Source: Schizochytrium sp. TIO01
Lineage: Eukaryota; Protista; Bigyra: Labyrinthulomycetes
Assembly: GCA_004764695.1 (NCBI GenBank)
Contig: SMSO01000032.1
Coordinates: forward strand, 8,650,483-8,714,482
DNA: 64,000 nucleotides
Reading direction: 5' to 3'
A program made the position numbers and the translations under genes. Of the stretch, positions 34,401 to 48,000 are shown piece after piece (the first letter of the stretch is position 1; each line of letters opens with the position of its first letter). Under the pieces are notes generated by a model. The model had not been told where the DNA came from and did not search any database. It was given only the letters and a program-made list of their open reading frames with translations.

Positions 34401-34880
34401 TTATAGTTTCGCTCTTCATGGCGGTGGAATCGTAGCACGAGGAGTGGAAAGCGGACCTAGAGAGGTCTGCGTGTGGATGAGGAGCTGAGCTTTGACGAAG
34501 CTCGTGAAGGCTGCTTCGGTTGCAGATTGAGGCGACGAAGATACGTGGTATTGAGTGAGGCAGGCAGAGATGATGCGCCCTTCGCACTACCAGTGCTACC
34601 TACTGATAAGCAGTTAGAACGAGAGTGAATGGAAAGAGACGGAGGAAAAGGAAGAAAGAAAGAAAGAAAGAAAAGGAAAACACTCAGCGCCAGTCACTAC
34701 GAACCTCATACCGCAAACACTAGAAGTTCCGACAGCCAGCCAGGGACCCCCGTTCCGTTAATTTTTAAGGGTTAAAAGAATGAGCGTCATAAATAATTTA
34801 GTTACTTAATGCTCCCACTGCTGGCTACGTACCTCCCTTTAAGAAACGTCTTTAAAATAAAAATAAGAATGAAAATGAGT

Positions 34881-34959
34881 TATGTATGTATGTATGTATG
34901 TATGTATGTATGTATGTATGTATGTATGTATGTATGTATGTATGTATGTATGTATGTAT
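34881..34959. repeat. (TATG)n microsatellite
   Basis: Read directly; followed by an A/G-rich low-complexity tract. Confidence 0.97.
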
Positions 34960-35303
34960 ATATGTATAGGTGTGCCTAAGAGCTAAGAAGAAAGAGAAGA
35001 AAAGAAAAGGCAAAGAAAAGAAAAGAAAAGGAAAAGGAAAAGGAAAAGGAAAAGAAGAAGAAGAAGAAGAAGAAGAAGTTGAAGAATTTCGCAGAATGGA
35101 ACGGAGCAGAATTGAAGAATGGTCATTCAATGGACAATGATGGGACACTGATGGCGGTGATGCGTGGGTGTGATTGGTGTGCGTGCATAGCAAATAGATC
35201 CAGGTACGGCCGCGTCCATAGTCTCTCGAAGAGTTGGCACTCGGATGGCGTTTGCGGCCTCTTCCCTTCGAGTTCATCGGCGCTTTCATGAGCCTTTCTC
35301 TCG

Positions 35304-35334
<31 letters not shown>

Positions 35335-36342
35335 GTTCTTTTTCTTTCTCTCTCCAACATCGATAGTGATCACCATCATCATCATCGTTTGGAACACCGG
35401 GATCTTCCCTTAAACAAGCACTGCGCCACCAAATATTACAGAACCCAGGCCTGCTAGTAACAGTTATCATTATACAGGAGTGAGTTCCTGTATTATGGAG
35501 GAGCTCTTTTTCATTAATTGGAAAGGGATAAATGAAAAATCGAAAGAAACTCTGAAAGAAATTGTTCATCTGCTCAAAGATTGTTGTATTTTGTTTTTGT
35601 TTGGTAGGTATACATACGTACCTATCAATCTATCTATCTATCCATCCGCCATGCGTAGGGAGTCGTTCTGTGCTAGTGCGATACCGCCATAGAGAGCAAC
35701 TAACTCATTTCATTCACCCGTTCCCGTAAGCAGACGCGACACGGACAGGTCCCTCGGTGTTCTTCCCCCTGCATTGCATAGCAGGAGGAGTGAGTGATTC
35801 GTTCTTTTTCATTTACAATGAGAAGGAAAGAGAGAAAGAGAGAAAGAGAGAAAGAGAGAAAGAGAGAAAGAAAGAAAAGAGTTGGTTTTCCTTTTTCTCT
35901 TTTCTTCCTCTTTTTCGATCAAGATGATTCATGAAAAAGAAAAGAAAAAGGAATTCATTCATTCATTGAATTCTTTTAATTCACTTAATTCATTTAATTC
36001 ATTTAATTCATTTAATTCATCGTTCGTACAATAAATAACTCATTCATAACTCATTCCTGAATTGCGCGAACCGCGCCGAGGAGCTTGGCGAAGGGGTTCG
36101 AGACCGAGGTCGATTGAGCCTGATCAAGCTTGAGGGGAAGAGGGGAAGCAGCAGCAGCAGAAGCAGCCGAGTGACCTCAACCGCTAGTTGCTCGTATACT
36201 CACTGGCGAACCGTCGTTGCTGCTGTATTGCAAACTCTCGTCGATTCGCAGGGTCGCGAGCATCGTCGTGTAGCACATACATACATATTAAGCCTGTGTC
36301 GAGGGACCAGAGTCCGGGGCGTTTGCGTCGCTTGCACTAAAA

Positions 36343-37488
36343 ATGGTGGTCTCGTCAGCAGTTCGCGGTGCTCTGCAAAGGGCCTGTCGCACGGGATACC
36401 AAAGAATGGTGACCAAACCCCAACATAAACAGGTGGGCTCCGGCGAGATGCAGAGGTTCTCTTCGAGGGCGTCTGCAGCGGCGGCGGTGCCTGCAAGTGT
36501 AGCACAGGCATATGGTGTTCTGCTGGGAGCTGTGGCAAAAGCTCATCCCCGCAAAGCCGAAAAGCATGATCATGGCGAAGATGCCTTCTTCGTGAGTGAG
36601 CGCATTGGTGCATTTGGTGTCGCTGATGGCGTGAGCCAATGGGCGGATTACAACATCGATGCCGGCGAGTACTCACGGAAACTCATGGAGCTCTGCGCCG
36701 AAGAGGCCTCTGATCTTCTCGGCGAAGGCCATGAGGAGGCAAGGTTTGTGAACCCAAAGCTTGCGCTCGAAAGGGCATATCGACGATCGCTGTCCATTAT
36801 GGGCAGCAGCACGGCATGCGTGCTCACTCTCGACGGCGAAGGCACCCTTCGTGCTGCAAACCTCGGCGATTCAGGATTCATCGTACTCAGGAATGGCCTC
36901 ACACGTGAGTCTCCAGTTGCACCGCGCTTGCAACCCATCGCGCCGTCTTTGAATGCTAACGTAGGCCTAGGACTTGCAGGCTCGAGTGTAAAACAACAAA
37001 CTGGTATCAACAGGAAACAACGTATGCGGGAGTCGCAGTGGGAGGTGGTCTATCGTTCGCAGGAGATGCAAAAGTACTTTAACTGCCCGGACCAGCTCGG
37101 GCCGGGCTGTCCTGACAAGCCCTCGCGTGCGGAGACATATGAGCTCCCACTTGAGGCTGGAGATATCGTACTTGCCGCCACAGATGGCGTTTTCGATAAC
37201 ATCTCCGACGCTAACCTTTGCGTGCTCTTGAAGAAATACAGCCAGGAAATCCAAGGTATTTTTGGTGATGCTTCGTTCAATACTGCCTCCTCCAAGCATG
37301 AGGGCCCTATCCGCGAATGGCTTCAGTCTATCGCAGAGCGCATCTGCAAAGAGGCCCACACCATCGGTATGACGCCCACTGGTATCACACCATTCAGTGA
37401 GCAGTGCCGCTCTGCAGGTTATTTCTTTGAGGGTGGAAAGCTTGATGATGTCACCGTTGTGGCAGGCATGATCTTTTCCAAAGAGTAA
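36343..37488 (+). CDS. PTC7: Protein phosphatase 2C, PTC7/PPTC7 family, probably mitochondrial
   Basis: 381 aa. Motifs GEDAFF, GVADGVSQW, GSSTAC, ANLGDSGF, FNCPDQL, GDIVLAATDGVFDN, GGKLDDVTVV. Arg/Ala/Ser-rich presequence-like N-terminus. Confidence 0.93.
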   Translation: MVVSSAVRGALQRACRTGYQRMVTKPQHKQVGSGEMQRFSSRASAAAAVPASVAQAYGVLLGAVAKAHPRKAEKHDHGEDAFFVSERIGAFGVADGVSQWADYNIDAGEYSRKLMELCAEEASDLLGEGHEEARFVNPKLALERAYRRSLSIMGSSTACVLTLDGEGTLRAANLGDSGFIVLRNGLTRESPVAPRLQPIAPSLNANVGLGLAGSSVKQQTGINRKQRMRESQWEVVYRSQEMQKYFNCPDQLGPGCPDKPSRAETYELPLEAGDIVLAATDGVFDNISDANLCVLLKKYSQEIQGIFGDASFNTASSKHEGPIREWLQSIAERICKEAHTIGMTPTGITPFSEQCRSAGYFFEGGKLDDVTVVAGMIFSKE

Positions 37489-39266
37489 GTAATTCACAGT
37501 AGTATCACATCCGATCTCTCCTCTCTCTCAGTCTCCCTCTTTTTCTCCAACCCCGTCACATACCATTCACAACGTACCACGCTCTGTCTTCTTCACTTTC
37601 TCAGTTGCAACCTGTATCCCCTCGCGACTGATTGAAGTAGAATATATGATCGATTTACAATATTTTCGCACACCACGAGGTTGCGAATACTGGACTCATA
37701 GATCTTGCAAGTCACCGACGCCGTAATTGATATCGAGAAACATTAAGAACACCCACACGTTTTTGTCGACACTCATAAATACAACCCGATAATGACCTAG
37801 ACTGGCTGATCAGAGAATCTTCGACAAACTGGACGTTGCATCTTCCCTGCAACCAAACCGAAAACCTGTTGAACGAGGTTACTTCAGCGAAAGAATCTTA
37901 TCGCCCAGGGTTTAAGTTTCTCGTATGCAAAAGATCAGTGAATGAGTCCAGTACAAAGTGATTTTTGGTTCTGTATCTAGCTCGGTAGACGGGTTCCTAC
38001 TCAAAACTTCTCCATTTCTCTTCTCCCTCTCTCTCTCACACATACCAGGCTTTTTCTAGCCTTATGAATACGGCGGTCATTGTGTGTTTTTTTTTTAATA
38101 AGGATGTACACGTGCAAAATTGAACATGGTTAGGAATCACCCGTACAGATGGTTGACCTAACAACCATATTATGCTTATCAAGATGTACTGGCTACTGCA
38201 ATCCTAGACTTTCTCTTCGAAAAGGTGCATTAGACTCTTACGGACAATTCTTATCATAAATTATGGAGTAGGATGCGTGATATCACAACTACGCGCACGC
38301 AAGGCTCAAAATATCGTCGCAATGCATGCCCTGGTAGTGCATTAGACAAGAAAACAGTACGCCAATATCGGCGTTAATGCGGTCAAGTGCAATTTTATTG
38401 AAATGCTCGACTATTATGTGAATCTCATGCCTGAGATATCGAACGAGTAAATTAATGAATATTTTGTATGCAAATAACCAAAACAAAAAATGAAACTGCA
38501 AACTTTTTGAAAGGCCATCAGCCTCATATTGATAACATGTTTATGCAGGGAAGGAGCATCACAGCAAGATCATTCATTGCAAGTGAAAATCAGTCAAGTA
38601 TTTCTGATCAGATCAACCCGTACGAAATTGTCGAATTAGTAGGTTCCCTGTACCTTTGCTTTGCGAGGTGGGATATTATGGGTCTAAGTACATACATTCA
38701 TCACGATTACTCAGGAGTATGGAATTTGCAATGATTTCAACTGAACAAACGTGCGGAATCGTGAAACATTGCATCAAAATAAATGAACCAAAATTTGTCA
38801 AGACAGTGTATGCCAAACATTGAAATGAACACAAAAGTGACAAGATTTATATGAACTTCAGCCTTACAAAGCATTGTTCGAGTCGCCCGGAAGAGTTAAG
38901 TTTCGCCAAAGGAGAAACAACTCATTAGTGCTGCCTTCAGATAGTCCGTTACCTCACAGCTTGCCAATGATTTCTTTAAGCTTGAACTGCTGAACGGCTT
39001 TACCAAAAGGAAATGTTATTTGCCATATTTTGAAAGAACGCAGTCAACCAACCAATTGCGATCTTTAGTAGCATTTCGACATTGATTTCTAACTCTAACT
39101 CTAACTCTAACTCTAAAATAATACAAACAGCTAAAACGTTGCAGACATATATGTTCATTCATTTAAGCCTATTTATATTTGTTATTTTCTTTCAGCACCG
39201 ATATTCATCTTATCATAATAAACGCATGCATCATCAAGTTACACCAAGAAGATAATGCAAAGCCTT

Positions 39267-41375
39267 TTAAATAGGATGATGCACAGTGTTTTTCTCCAAT
39301 CTTGTAAAGTAATTGAGCCTATGCTTAAGAATAGTCTTCAAGTGAAGATCAGGATCCTGCATTTTCGGCAAAGGCCGGTCATTATAGCGATCCATAGTCT
39401 CTCGCATCTTCTTGAGGCGCGTCTCATACGCTGCCTTGCGTTGAAGTTGTTCAGGCTGACGATGGTACGCAGAGTCTCGCGAAAGGCAATACTGACGTGT
39501 GGTCTCTGGTTGAAATCGCATCCTTTCTCCTCCCGCATAAGTATAATTACCAACAACACCAACTTTTGCCAACGTCACTGGGTCCGGGCGAATTAAGTAT
39601 GTAGTGTCTTCAACAGGCTTGCGAGACTTATGCCGAGGTGGCGTAAGTGCATTATGCAGACTTGTGACGTCAAAGTCAGGTCGATCAGAGGAGGTACCGG
39701 CAAGTGAAGACCTTGTATGCGATGCGGGAGCGGTAGCAGCTCTGCGTTTTGCAGGAAATAGCTTCCTTTTTGTTTGTATTCGTGCCATCTCAACCTTGTT
39801 TGGCATTTGGTTGCTGAAAGCCAAACCCACGTTTGATACTGTAGCAGTCTTCAGATATTTAACCTCATGATCTGGGCTTGCCATAAGATGATTTTTGAAT
39901 TGCTGACGTGCTCGTGTCATGCCTTCTTCATCGGCATCGCTCGTGACGTTTCTTGACGAAGCAGCAGCCAAACCCGAAACCTCATTCGCACCAAACTTGC
40001 CCTGGATGCATTCTTTAAATTCATCATAGTCTACAAAACCGCTACCATCTTGGTCAATGTACCGCAAAAAGATATCTGCGTCACTCTCTTTAAAGCTCAT
40101 ATCCAGGGTAAGTAAGGCCGCCTTGAATTCTCCATAGGAAATACGTCCATCTTTGTTAACATCAATAGAATCAAATGCGGCAGCAACGGAGCTAAAGTCC
40201 TCCGAAAGACGTTTCGAAATTGCTTTACGAATGCGTGCCGTGACCAGGGCCGAACGGACACCACTTGCCAAGTTTTCAGACAGACCTTCCATCACGTTAG
40301 GGGTAACAAAAGTTACACGACGATCCTTGTCTCTGTCACTTGCATGTAATTTCTTATTAGAGTGTTGGTCAAAGTCATCCTTCTCCTCGTCACTATCATC
40401 TTCTGACCGAGGCGTAAGCCGGTTGTAAGCACCTACATCACGTTCTGGGAATACAATATTAACGAACTCCTTGTATACAATAGATCCGTCTGAACTGCGA
40501 TCGAATTTTCGGAACAGCTCTTCAAGTGATTCTTTAGGAACCTCAATATTTTGACGGCACATAAAATCATGCAATTCTTGTACTGAAAGAGTACCATCAT
40601 GGTTTTCATCAATCTTGCGGAACTCCTCAGCAAGTGATTTCTTGGCTTGAAATTTGAGTTTCAGTCGATTTACAATCTCTGCTAATGGCATATGAACTCC
40701 GTGATCCTCTGAAGCACGAGTAATCTCCTCCTCGCTGACTCCCAGGTCACGCAAACGATTAGCCAGCTTCTCGACCATACTGGGTTCCTCTTTAGCTTCT
40801 GCTACTTCTTCGTCTCTAAAGATCAGGTCAATGAAACCATCGTAAGGGATAAGATACTCATCTGTCGGACCAAAGTAGCGGCACACGGCCTGAGCCTGGG
40901 CTAGATTAATGCTGCAGCCACACTTGTGGAAAATCTCCTTCAATTCAAACGGGTCCACCACTCCATCACGATTAATGTCCCAGGCTAAAAACACTTTCCT
41001 CAAAGATCGCTTACCTGTGTATCGCTGCTGCAAGCTCCGAGACAGCGATTCAATAAGCGCTTCAATTACGGGCGTCGCAGCCACGCCCTGTTTGCCTGGA
41101 GCAATTAGGTGTTGAGTTTTCTTTCGCCTGATCAGCCTTTTCGAAAGTATCTCTTGCGTGGTACGATACTTTGTTAATGCTGGTGCAGACTTGGTTGTTG
41201 CTAATACCCTCTTTCCATCTTCCTGTCTTCGCCTGTGTATGCTTTGTCGAGATTGTGATGGTCGAAGCTGCTGTTTGCGTGGCAAGAGAACCAATTCCGC
41301 GGTACTTTGATGCAAACTAGGATTTCTGTTTGTAAGACCCGAGATAGGCTGCCTCTCGCGCCTTCGAGAAGCCAT
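39267..41375 (-). CDS. Multi-EF-hand calcium-binding protein (three EF-hand pairs)
   Basis: 702 aa. EF loops DINRDGVVDPFE, DENHDGTLSVQE, DRSSDGSIVYKE, DVNKDGRISYGE, DQDGSGFVDYDE plus one degenerate loop. Basic N- and C-terminal extensions. Confidence 0.9.
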   Translation of the reverse strand: MASRRRERQPISGLTNRNPSLHQSTAELVLLPRKQQLRPSQSRQSIHRRRQEDGKRVLATTKSAPALTKYRTTQEILSKRLIRRKKTQHLIAPGKQGVAATPVIEALIESLSRSLQQRYTGKRSLRKVFLAWDINRDGVVDPFELKEIFHKCGCSINLAQAQAVCRYFGPTDEYLIPYDGFIDLIFRDEEVAEAKEEPSMVEKLANRLRDLGVSEEEITRASEDHGVHMPLAEIVNRLKLKFQAKKSLAEEFRKIDENHDGTLSVQELHDFMCRQNIEVPKESLEELFRKFDRSSDGSIVYKEFVNIVFPERDVGAYNRLTPRSEDDSDEEKDDFDQHSNKKLHASDRDKDRRVTFVTPNVMEGLSENLASGVRSALVTARIRKAISKRLSEDFSSVAAAFDSIDVNKDGRISYGEFKAALLTLDMSFKESDADIFLRYIDQDGSGFVDYDEFKECIQGKFGANEVSGLAAASSRNVTSDADEEGMTRARQQFKNHLMASPDHEVKYLKTATVSNVGLAFSNQMPNKVEMARIQTKRKLFPAKRRAATAPASHTRSSLAGTSSDRPDFDVTSLHNALTPPRHKSRKPVEDTTYLIRPDPVTLAKVGVVGNYTYAGGERMRFQPETTRQYCLSRDSAYHRQPEQLQRKAAYETRLKKMRETMDRYNDRPLPKMQDPDLHLKTILKHRLNYFTRLEKNTVHHPI

Positions 41376-42528
41376 CGTAGGGTTTGCGTTCTAGGCAGCT
41401 AGCCTGCACGCCACAAACTTATTTTCAGAATTGATTTGCTGAAGAATGTCTTCAACAATCAAGTGCTAACAAGGATCTCAAGGCTCTTGGAACGATTCGT
41501 CAACTACGCTTTAAGCCGAATGTTGTGTGTAACCTTTTGTTTGCTGACTCTCCGCGAGAGTCACAGAACTACTTTAAAGGCTAGCGGGTTAGCGAAGCGC
41601 CACTGTCTTGCTGCGCACGTGGACGCGCAAGATCAGCAACACGCTAGCTATTTGGTCACAATATACTTTAGCAATCAACCCATACATGAATTCATACAAA
41701 CCAACCAGACATCAATTTGCACAGTCATACTATCTACGAGGCAAAGGTCAAATATACAACACATTTTAATCCGTCCATGCCGCGCTAAACTGTGCCACGT
41801 ACCAGGGTGTGCACTTGAGAATCTGTTCGTGGAAGTGGGCACTTATCAGTAATCCGTTACGGTGCTTATTTACTAAAGCATAAACAACAAACAAGTACAC
41901 TATTCTTCTTTTATGCTATCCCTCCTAGGCTATTCTTATTATGGTATATTGCAATACCTACTATAGCATGAACTAGCCGAAAAGATGAAATGGAAACTAT
42001 GTAGATTGGTGTGAAGATGCGATACTTTCCCTCTCTTTTTAAATTTAAAAAAAAAAAATACGGACGAGGAAAAATGAACGGAGCACAGTCGTTCTGAGAT
42101 GGTTCTTATCCGAAGCGAAACCAGGTGAAGTCCGACATATTAGTAGCCGCATAAAACCCAAATGCTCATGTTGTATGTATAGGTCTTTCACTACGACTCG
42201 AAGATCTTTTGCGCGAGAGAATGTTTAGTATAGCACATTAATCAATAAAACTTGACACAGTAGAATTAACCTTTTTTAAAGTTCAAGTTAACGTCAGTAC
42301 TGCATTACTTACCATCTTCCAAGTCTATTCAAGGACTTGTAGGATATTATTTAGCCCTGGACCTGTAAATTAAGAGAAAAAGGGAAAATGATGTCAAAAA
42401 AGAAGATTCCAATAGCCTTAACCATGAAGAGCTAAATGCCATCTCGACTTCCAGCTTACAAAGGTGTTATACAAATTTGTTCACAATATTATTAATCTAA
42501 TTATTCTACACGGAGTCAATCCCAAAGG

Positions 42529-45040
42529 TTATGGAGTGGCAGACTCAGTTTCAGTGCCAAGGCGAAGTTGCAGATCCTCGAGGCGATTTTGGTCAAGACC
42601 AGCAAACAATGCCGCATGCAATAAGAACCGTCCGACTTGAGCTGGCGGAAGACCCAGAGAAGTCATATTAAAAGCTGAGGACGAGATCTGTGCGAAAGCA
42701 ATGTGAGTGAAGTTGGCGCTGGAAAGGTTAGGCTGTTGGAGCGCGGGTTCAGCATGTCCATTTGAGGACCCTACAGATGACGAAATGTTGCGATACACCT
42801 CTTCTCTCAAAGCTAGAAAAAACGTTTCCTCCCAAAAATGTGGAGATTTCCAGATGCCATGATCCTTGATGTGATCTTGCACATACACCCGCTTCTTGTT
42901 TGCAAAGGACAATTCTTCCTTATCATTGCTAGCCTCGTTTCGAGCCATTGTACTAGATTCGTGTTCTTGCTGATTTATCCCATTTTCACTATCGTCCTCG
43001 AATGTATAGAAGGTTTCAGCAAGAATGAGAGCCATCTTGGCAGATCTAACATCACCTTGAATATATACTGCATCGAGAAAGGCAATCATGAGGAGTACAA
43101 GTTGATTTAAGGATGTAAGGCGGGTTTGCTGTGCTCGCAGCCTGTTTAAAGCAAGCAGAAAATCGCGGCGAATTTTAGGGTTTCGAAAGGTCTCGCACAA
43201 CTGATGAATAGTTTCGTCGGGTGCATCAAGCCCATTTCGCAAATGTTCAGTAAACATTTTAACTGCTGGATCAAGTTGGCTCGATGTAGGAGACACTGGA
43301 GAGTCATCCGATGCTTCTTGGACGTGCTCGTCGTCTGCAACACTCGATTTAGCGTGGGACGAAGAAGCAGACTCACCGGGCGGCACTGTAGCAGCGTTGT
43401 GCCCAGTAGAAACGTCTAATTCACTTTCAACAGTTCCAGAGTTTGGTTCTTTGACTGCAGAATCGTGCGGTGGTTGATGTATATCAGAGGCTTGCAGCAA
43501 CACCTCTGGAGGATTTTGGCCGTCCAACACAGATGCCAACAAGGTACGATTAGAGAAGGCCCGGATGTCCGAAGCAGCTTCAACATTTCCAAGAGACGCA
43601 AGTGCTTGCTGAGTGCTCTTTTGCCAGTTCTGGGCTACTTCATTTTGAGTTTCGAGAAGAACCTGTGTCAAATGTGCCATTACCTCAATGCGAGACTGAT
43701 CAATCAGTTGAAGTTCTCGACAACTTCGTTGATGTGCTGCCTCCAAGGCCCCTTGTGTCGCTAAGAGACGCTGAATAGCACGCGGAATGTCACTTAAGTC
43801 ACCATTGCGTTCATTAAATTCCTCTTGGCTGCGATGATCCTGAGCTTCATATACGTACCGCACATACTGAGCTCTTTGGGATACAAAGTGCTTACAGAGC
43901 GCGGAGTATGTGCTGCGAAGTGTTGCAAGGGGCCCAACAACTTGGTCTTTTAGTCGTTGCATGAGTTGTGATGCAGTATCAGCCCAGGCTGATTGAGAGT
44001 CATCCCATTCGTCCATAAAGGCGAGGTACGTTTCAGCATGCCGACGCTTTGGCTGGGAGCTCGCTTTTTTCTGCTTTTGAGGTGCAAGCAGATAGGCCAT
44101 TTCTTGAGTTGACGTGTAGACTCTCTGTGCATGCTCCTCAAGTGCATCGAGGCTTGCAAGTGCAGATTTCGTAACCCGCTGTTCCACTTTAGCAAAAGGG
44201 AGCTGGTCAAATCGGACTTGTACCAAGTGTCGCTGGAGGTACCTTTCGTTGTCATCTTGCGTTTGTACTTTGGCCACAAGTTCACGGAGCGCGCGTTTAT
44301 CTTTTTCGACCTGTTGTTGATCACGGATTCCACTTCCAAGGATGTTGATAAAACTTGCCATGAACCTGTTCGCCCTTGAAGGGGTGGATGGTGCATCACT
44401 TGCAGAGTTCTCTTCACTCAGAAATTGTATTCTTTCCCGAACTGCTTCCAAGGGGCATTCACCTAACCTAATGTATTGCTCCTCAAGAATTTTTAACGCC
44501 TGAGCTTCTTGAGTGGAGTCTCCAGTAGCTCGGAATGCCTCAGCGGCAAGCTCAAGTTTGGCAGCAGCTTCCCCAGGCTTATCTTGATCCACCAGAACTC
44601 TTGCAAGTTGGCAAAGTACACGTCCCACCTGGCGGCCATCTATGTATCATCGAGTTTCAGTATTGCAAGTAAGTCCGACGTAGGCCATGATTAAATATCC
44701 GCATGCATGATGCAGTTCGTACACGATGTCCAACAACCACACGGCGATTTTCCAGGAGGTTGTGGATATTCAGGCAAGAAACGTCATTTATTTCATTCGC
44801 CATTTAAGAAAGAAGGGATAGATTTCAAGCGAGTTTACATTTTTGTTAGTCGTGAATTCGAGTCTAATCTTTAAAGGCCTGCGCCCAAGGCTAGAGACAA
44901 ACCCTTTGGAAACCTGCTTCACGGAAAGCTCGGTCATGACTCATTATTCGTTTTCGAGCATTGTTAGGTGACGCTGATGACTTACCGTTGCCGTCCACTG
45001 CAAATCGAAGAGCCTCTTGAAGGCCCTGAGTGCCAGCCAT
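42529..45040 (-). CDS. TPR-like + coiled-coil (F-BAR-like) + SBF2-like domain protein, 2 exons, about 721 aa
   Basis: The listed ORF starts at GTG 44628 just after an in-frame stop. Exon 1 45040-44986 (MAGTQGLQEALRFAVDGN, donor GTAAGT) splices in phase 1 to the acceptor TAG at 44640 (exon 2 44639-42529) and completes a TPR-like helix pair. C-terminal VQDHIKDHGIWKSPHFWEETFF resembles the SBF2 domain signature. Confidence 0.75.
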
Positions 45041-48000
45041 CTCCCCAAAGATCAAGTCGAGAATCGAGTAGGCTGGAAAGAACTGGTGGAGGTTTTGCTT
45101 GTTGAAGTGGGATCTCCTCTTTCCTCTTTTTCGAAGATCCTCGATTATTTTATCTTTTTTTAATTACTTTGCATTTAGTATTAGTGCCATAACAGTAAAT
45201 AGACTGTTGCATGACAGCAATAGATATCAGAACGCTTCAGCCGAGCACTCAGTAGTTATTCATCTAGGAGCTTTCCAGCTTATCATGATTATTGATGAAC
45301 TTGGTTCTGTTGATCGATGGTCATCAAGAAGCTTTAATTTTTAATTTTTTGCCGGTATTTTTTATTTTATATAGTCAAATAGTATGCTATTTTTCTGAAG
45401 CAATTTCGTGGGCATTCAATTTTGCTCGCAAATTTCTGATAGAATAAGTAAGGTTCTGGCATTGGCATTCTGTATAGTACTTATACAGGGCTAACCCACG
45501 AAGAGATTCTTGTCCTAATTTTTGTTTCTGAAACCTAAGCGATGATACCTCGAATTCCAATTATCAACTGAGCGGTGATACCCAAAATTTTGTTTTTGGC
45601 AGATAGTTTCATTTGAAATATTGATCAATCAGTAGTATTATAGCTTATGTGAATTAAATTATGAATTCTTTGTGATCCAAGGTGACCTGTGATATGGTCG
45701 CAAACACTGAAGTTTCAAAATGCAAAGCAATAAATAAATAATTGCAGAAATTTTGAAATTCATCCGAATAAGTGACTCACATGATCAAGAACGATACGTT
45801 CTTTCCAATAGAAATGAACTGTGGTATGGGGCCCCACATCATGACTACTCAAATTATTCATCATTCCCTTGTGATTTAAACCCTGTTCCGTTATAAACAC
45901 ACTTATCTCAGCTTGACACCACGGTTTGGCAATTTTAAAATGTCTTGAACTAACGTCAATAACTATGCAGTTATAGAAACAACTTGCTCTTGTTTCCTCT
46001 TTCAAGTTCACTTTGCCACCAATGCAAATCATCAGTGCGAAACATCGAAAGTTGTGATCCAAAACTTCCTAAGGAAATAAAATTTCCAACTGCACGTTCG
46101 ACTGTTACGAAGTTTGAGGATTTGTTCTACCTACCTTGGCATTTCTAAACTGAAAATTCAAGGCAAGACTTTGTTGCCATTTCCTAAAATATTCTCAAAG
46201 ACAGTCAAGAGGGGCTTTTCAGTTAATTCTATTTCAAGTCAATGATGTGAAGCTTGGTTCCCAAACGACGGTGCAATTCCCTGCAGTCTGAGAGCTGGGG
46301 TACTTACTTCAAAACTTCAAAGGCGTAAACTGTTTATCGGGACTAAGGCATACTAAATTTGTCTACACACGCACCCTGCACTATGCTATCAGCAAGAAAG
46401 CACATTATTAGTAATGTCTTTATTTGACTTTTATTTTAGCTAAATGGCCCTCCCCGTACCTTGCATAGTCATAGGTATGTCAAGAATTGCCAAGGTGGCT
46501 TTTGACAACCCTCTAATGCCCTCGTATTTCCCCAAAGGCATTGAAGACTAAACCAAGCTAGCCTGCCAAGCGAATCATTTAAAGCAACTGATCACCTATC
46601 AATCGACGTGTTGCATTGTCATCTCATCACCCCGTGACCACTTGTGCTGTTGAAGGAAACCCATATTTGGCTTAGAAACTGTCAGTAGCAGCCATGAAAT
46701 TTGCATTTGGCTCTCCCTAAACAAGCAAAATAGTACCCAAATCTCCCCATAAAATAGTTTTAAATGAAAAAAAACACCAGCGGGCTTTGTAGTGTAACAT
46801 CAACAAGAAGCTCAGAACCATCTTCAGAGGGGTGTAACATTTAAAAATTCCTCGCAATTTGACCCTTGGCCTACAGGCTGGACATCAGGCTGATACGCAG
46901 TAAAGATCTAATAATACGTATAAAACCTGAGAGTCTAATCGCACCATGGGAATGCAAAAATCTATATAAGATTCTCAATTATTTTGTGCTAGAGACCTAG
47001 GTACTTTGCATGGTTAAACGCCAGCAATTTGCACTACAAATCTACCAGATGCAGATCCTAGCGACACTTGTTGACCAAAGCTGACAGCAACTCGCTCGTG
47101 TCGCTGAGCTTCTCCACTTTCAGTGAACTTTCACAATTAGTTATCATGCTGCACGTCCAAATTTCCTGACCGGATCAACTTCCTTAGGATACTTTTACAC
47201 AGAAGCGATAGATTGATTCTCCCTCCTCGCGGTTTTTGCTTCTGTTTGTGTCTATTTGTTTCTCTTCCCTCCGCCTGTACGTTATCGACTTACTCAACCG
47301 GCTGCTTTAAAAAGAACAAAACGACTACATTTGGGAAGAAGGCTATACCGGCAGTCGCAGCACGAGATTCTGCGTAACCCTTAGGTCGGCCTCAAAGATG
47401 TTGACCGCCTCTGCCAGCAGCCTGCCACTCGAGGTATCGGTTTTCCGTATATCGCTCCCTGGGCTCCAGCATCCGAGCCTCACGGATGCCCCGCTCGAAC
47501 TTCAGAACACTTGAGGTCCTCGGATCTCCAGGCGCTCAGAACTTGGTTCCAAGTGCTTTACCGGAATCATCTCGAGACCCCACGACACCGACTTCTGTTA
47601 CGAAGGCCCTCGCGTTCCTCCAAACCGCCCGCTTTCCTGCTACCAAGTGCGCGAACCGCCCTGTGCACGCTGCGATATCCACACCAGAGTTATGAATCCT
47701 AAGCACTGCGAGGCGCAGCTCAAGAGCTTCACGCGAAGAGGCCTGCTCTGCGCCGCCGTCACGCTTCGGCCAGCCTGCTGATCGCGCACTGCTGCTTCGA
47801 GGCTCAAAGCTGTTGCTTGAGGAGACCGACTGCCTACCTCCTTGCATCTTCCTCGCCATAGCTCACGTTCGTGGCTTGCAGGACGAGTGCCACGCAAGAA
47901 CCTCACGCCCACGACCTCCACGAAACATCCCAAACAAACAACCAAACAAACAGAACTGTGTACATAAATAGCAAAGAAGAGATCAAAGAAGAGCCGCGTC

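Noticed and set aside
46440-46670. Minus-strand stop-riddled peptide DDNATRR...LL*MIRLAG*LGLVFN, faintly RT-like
   Set aside because: Too short and degenerate; no downstream YLG motif seen.
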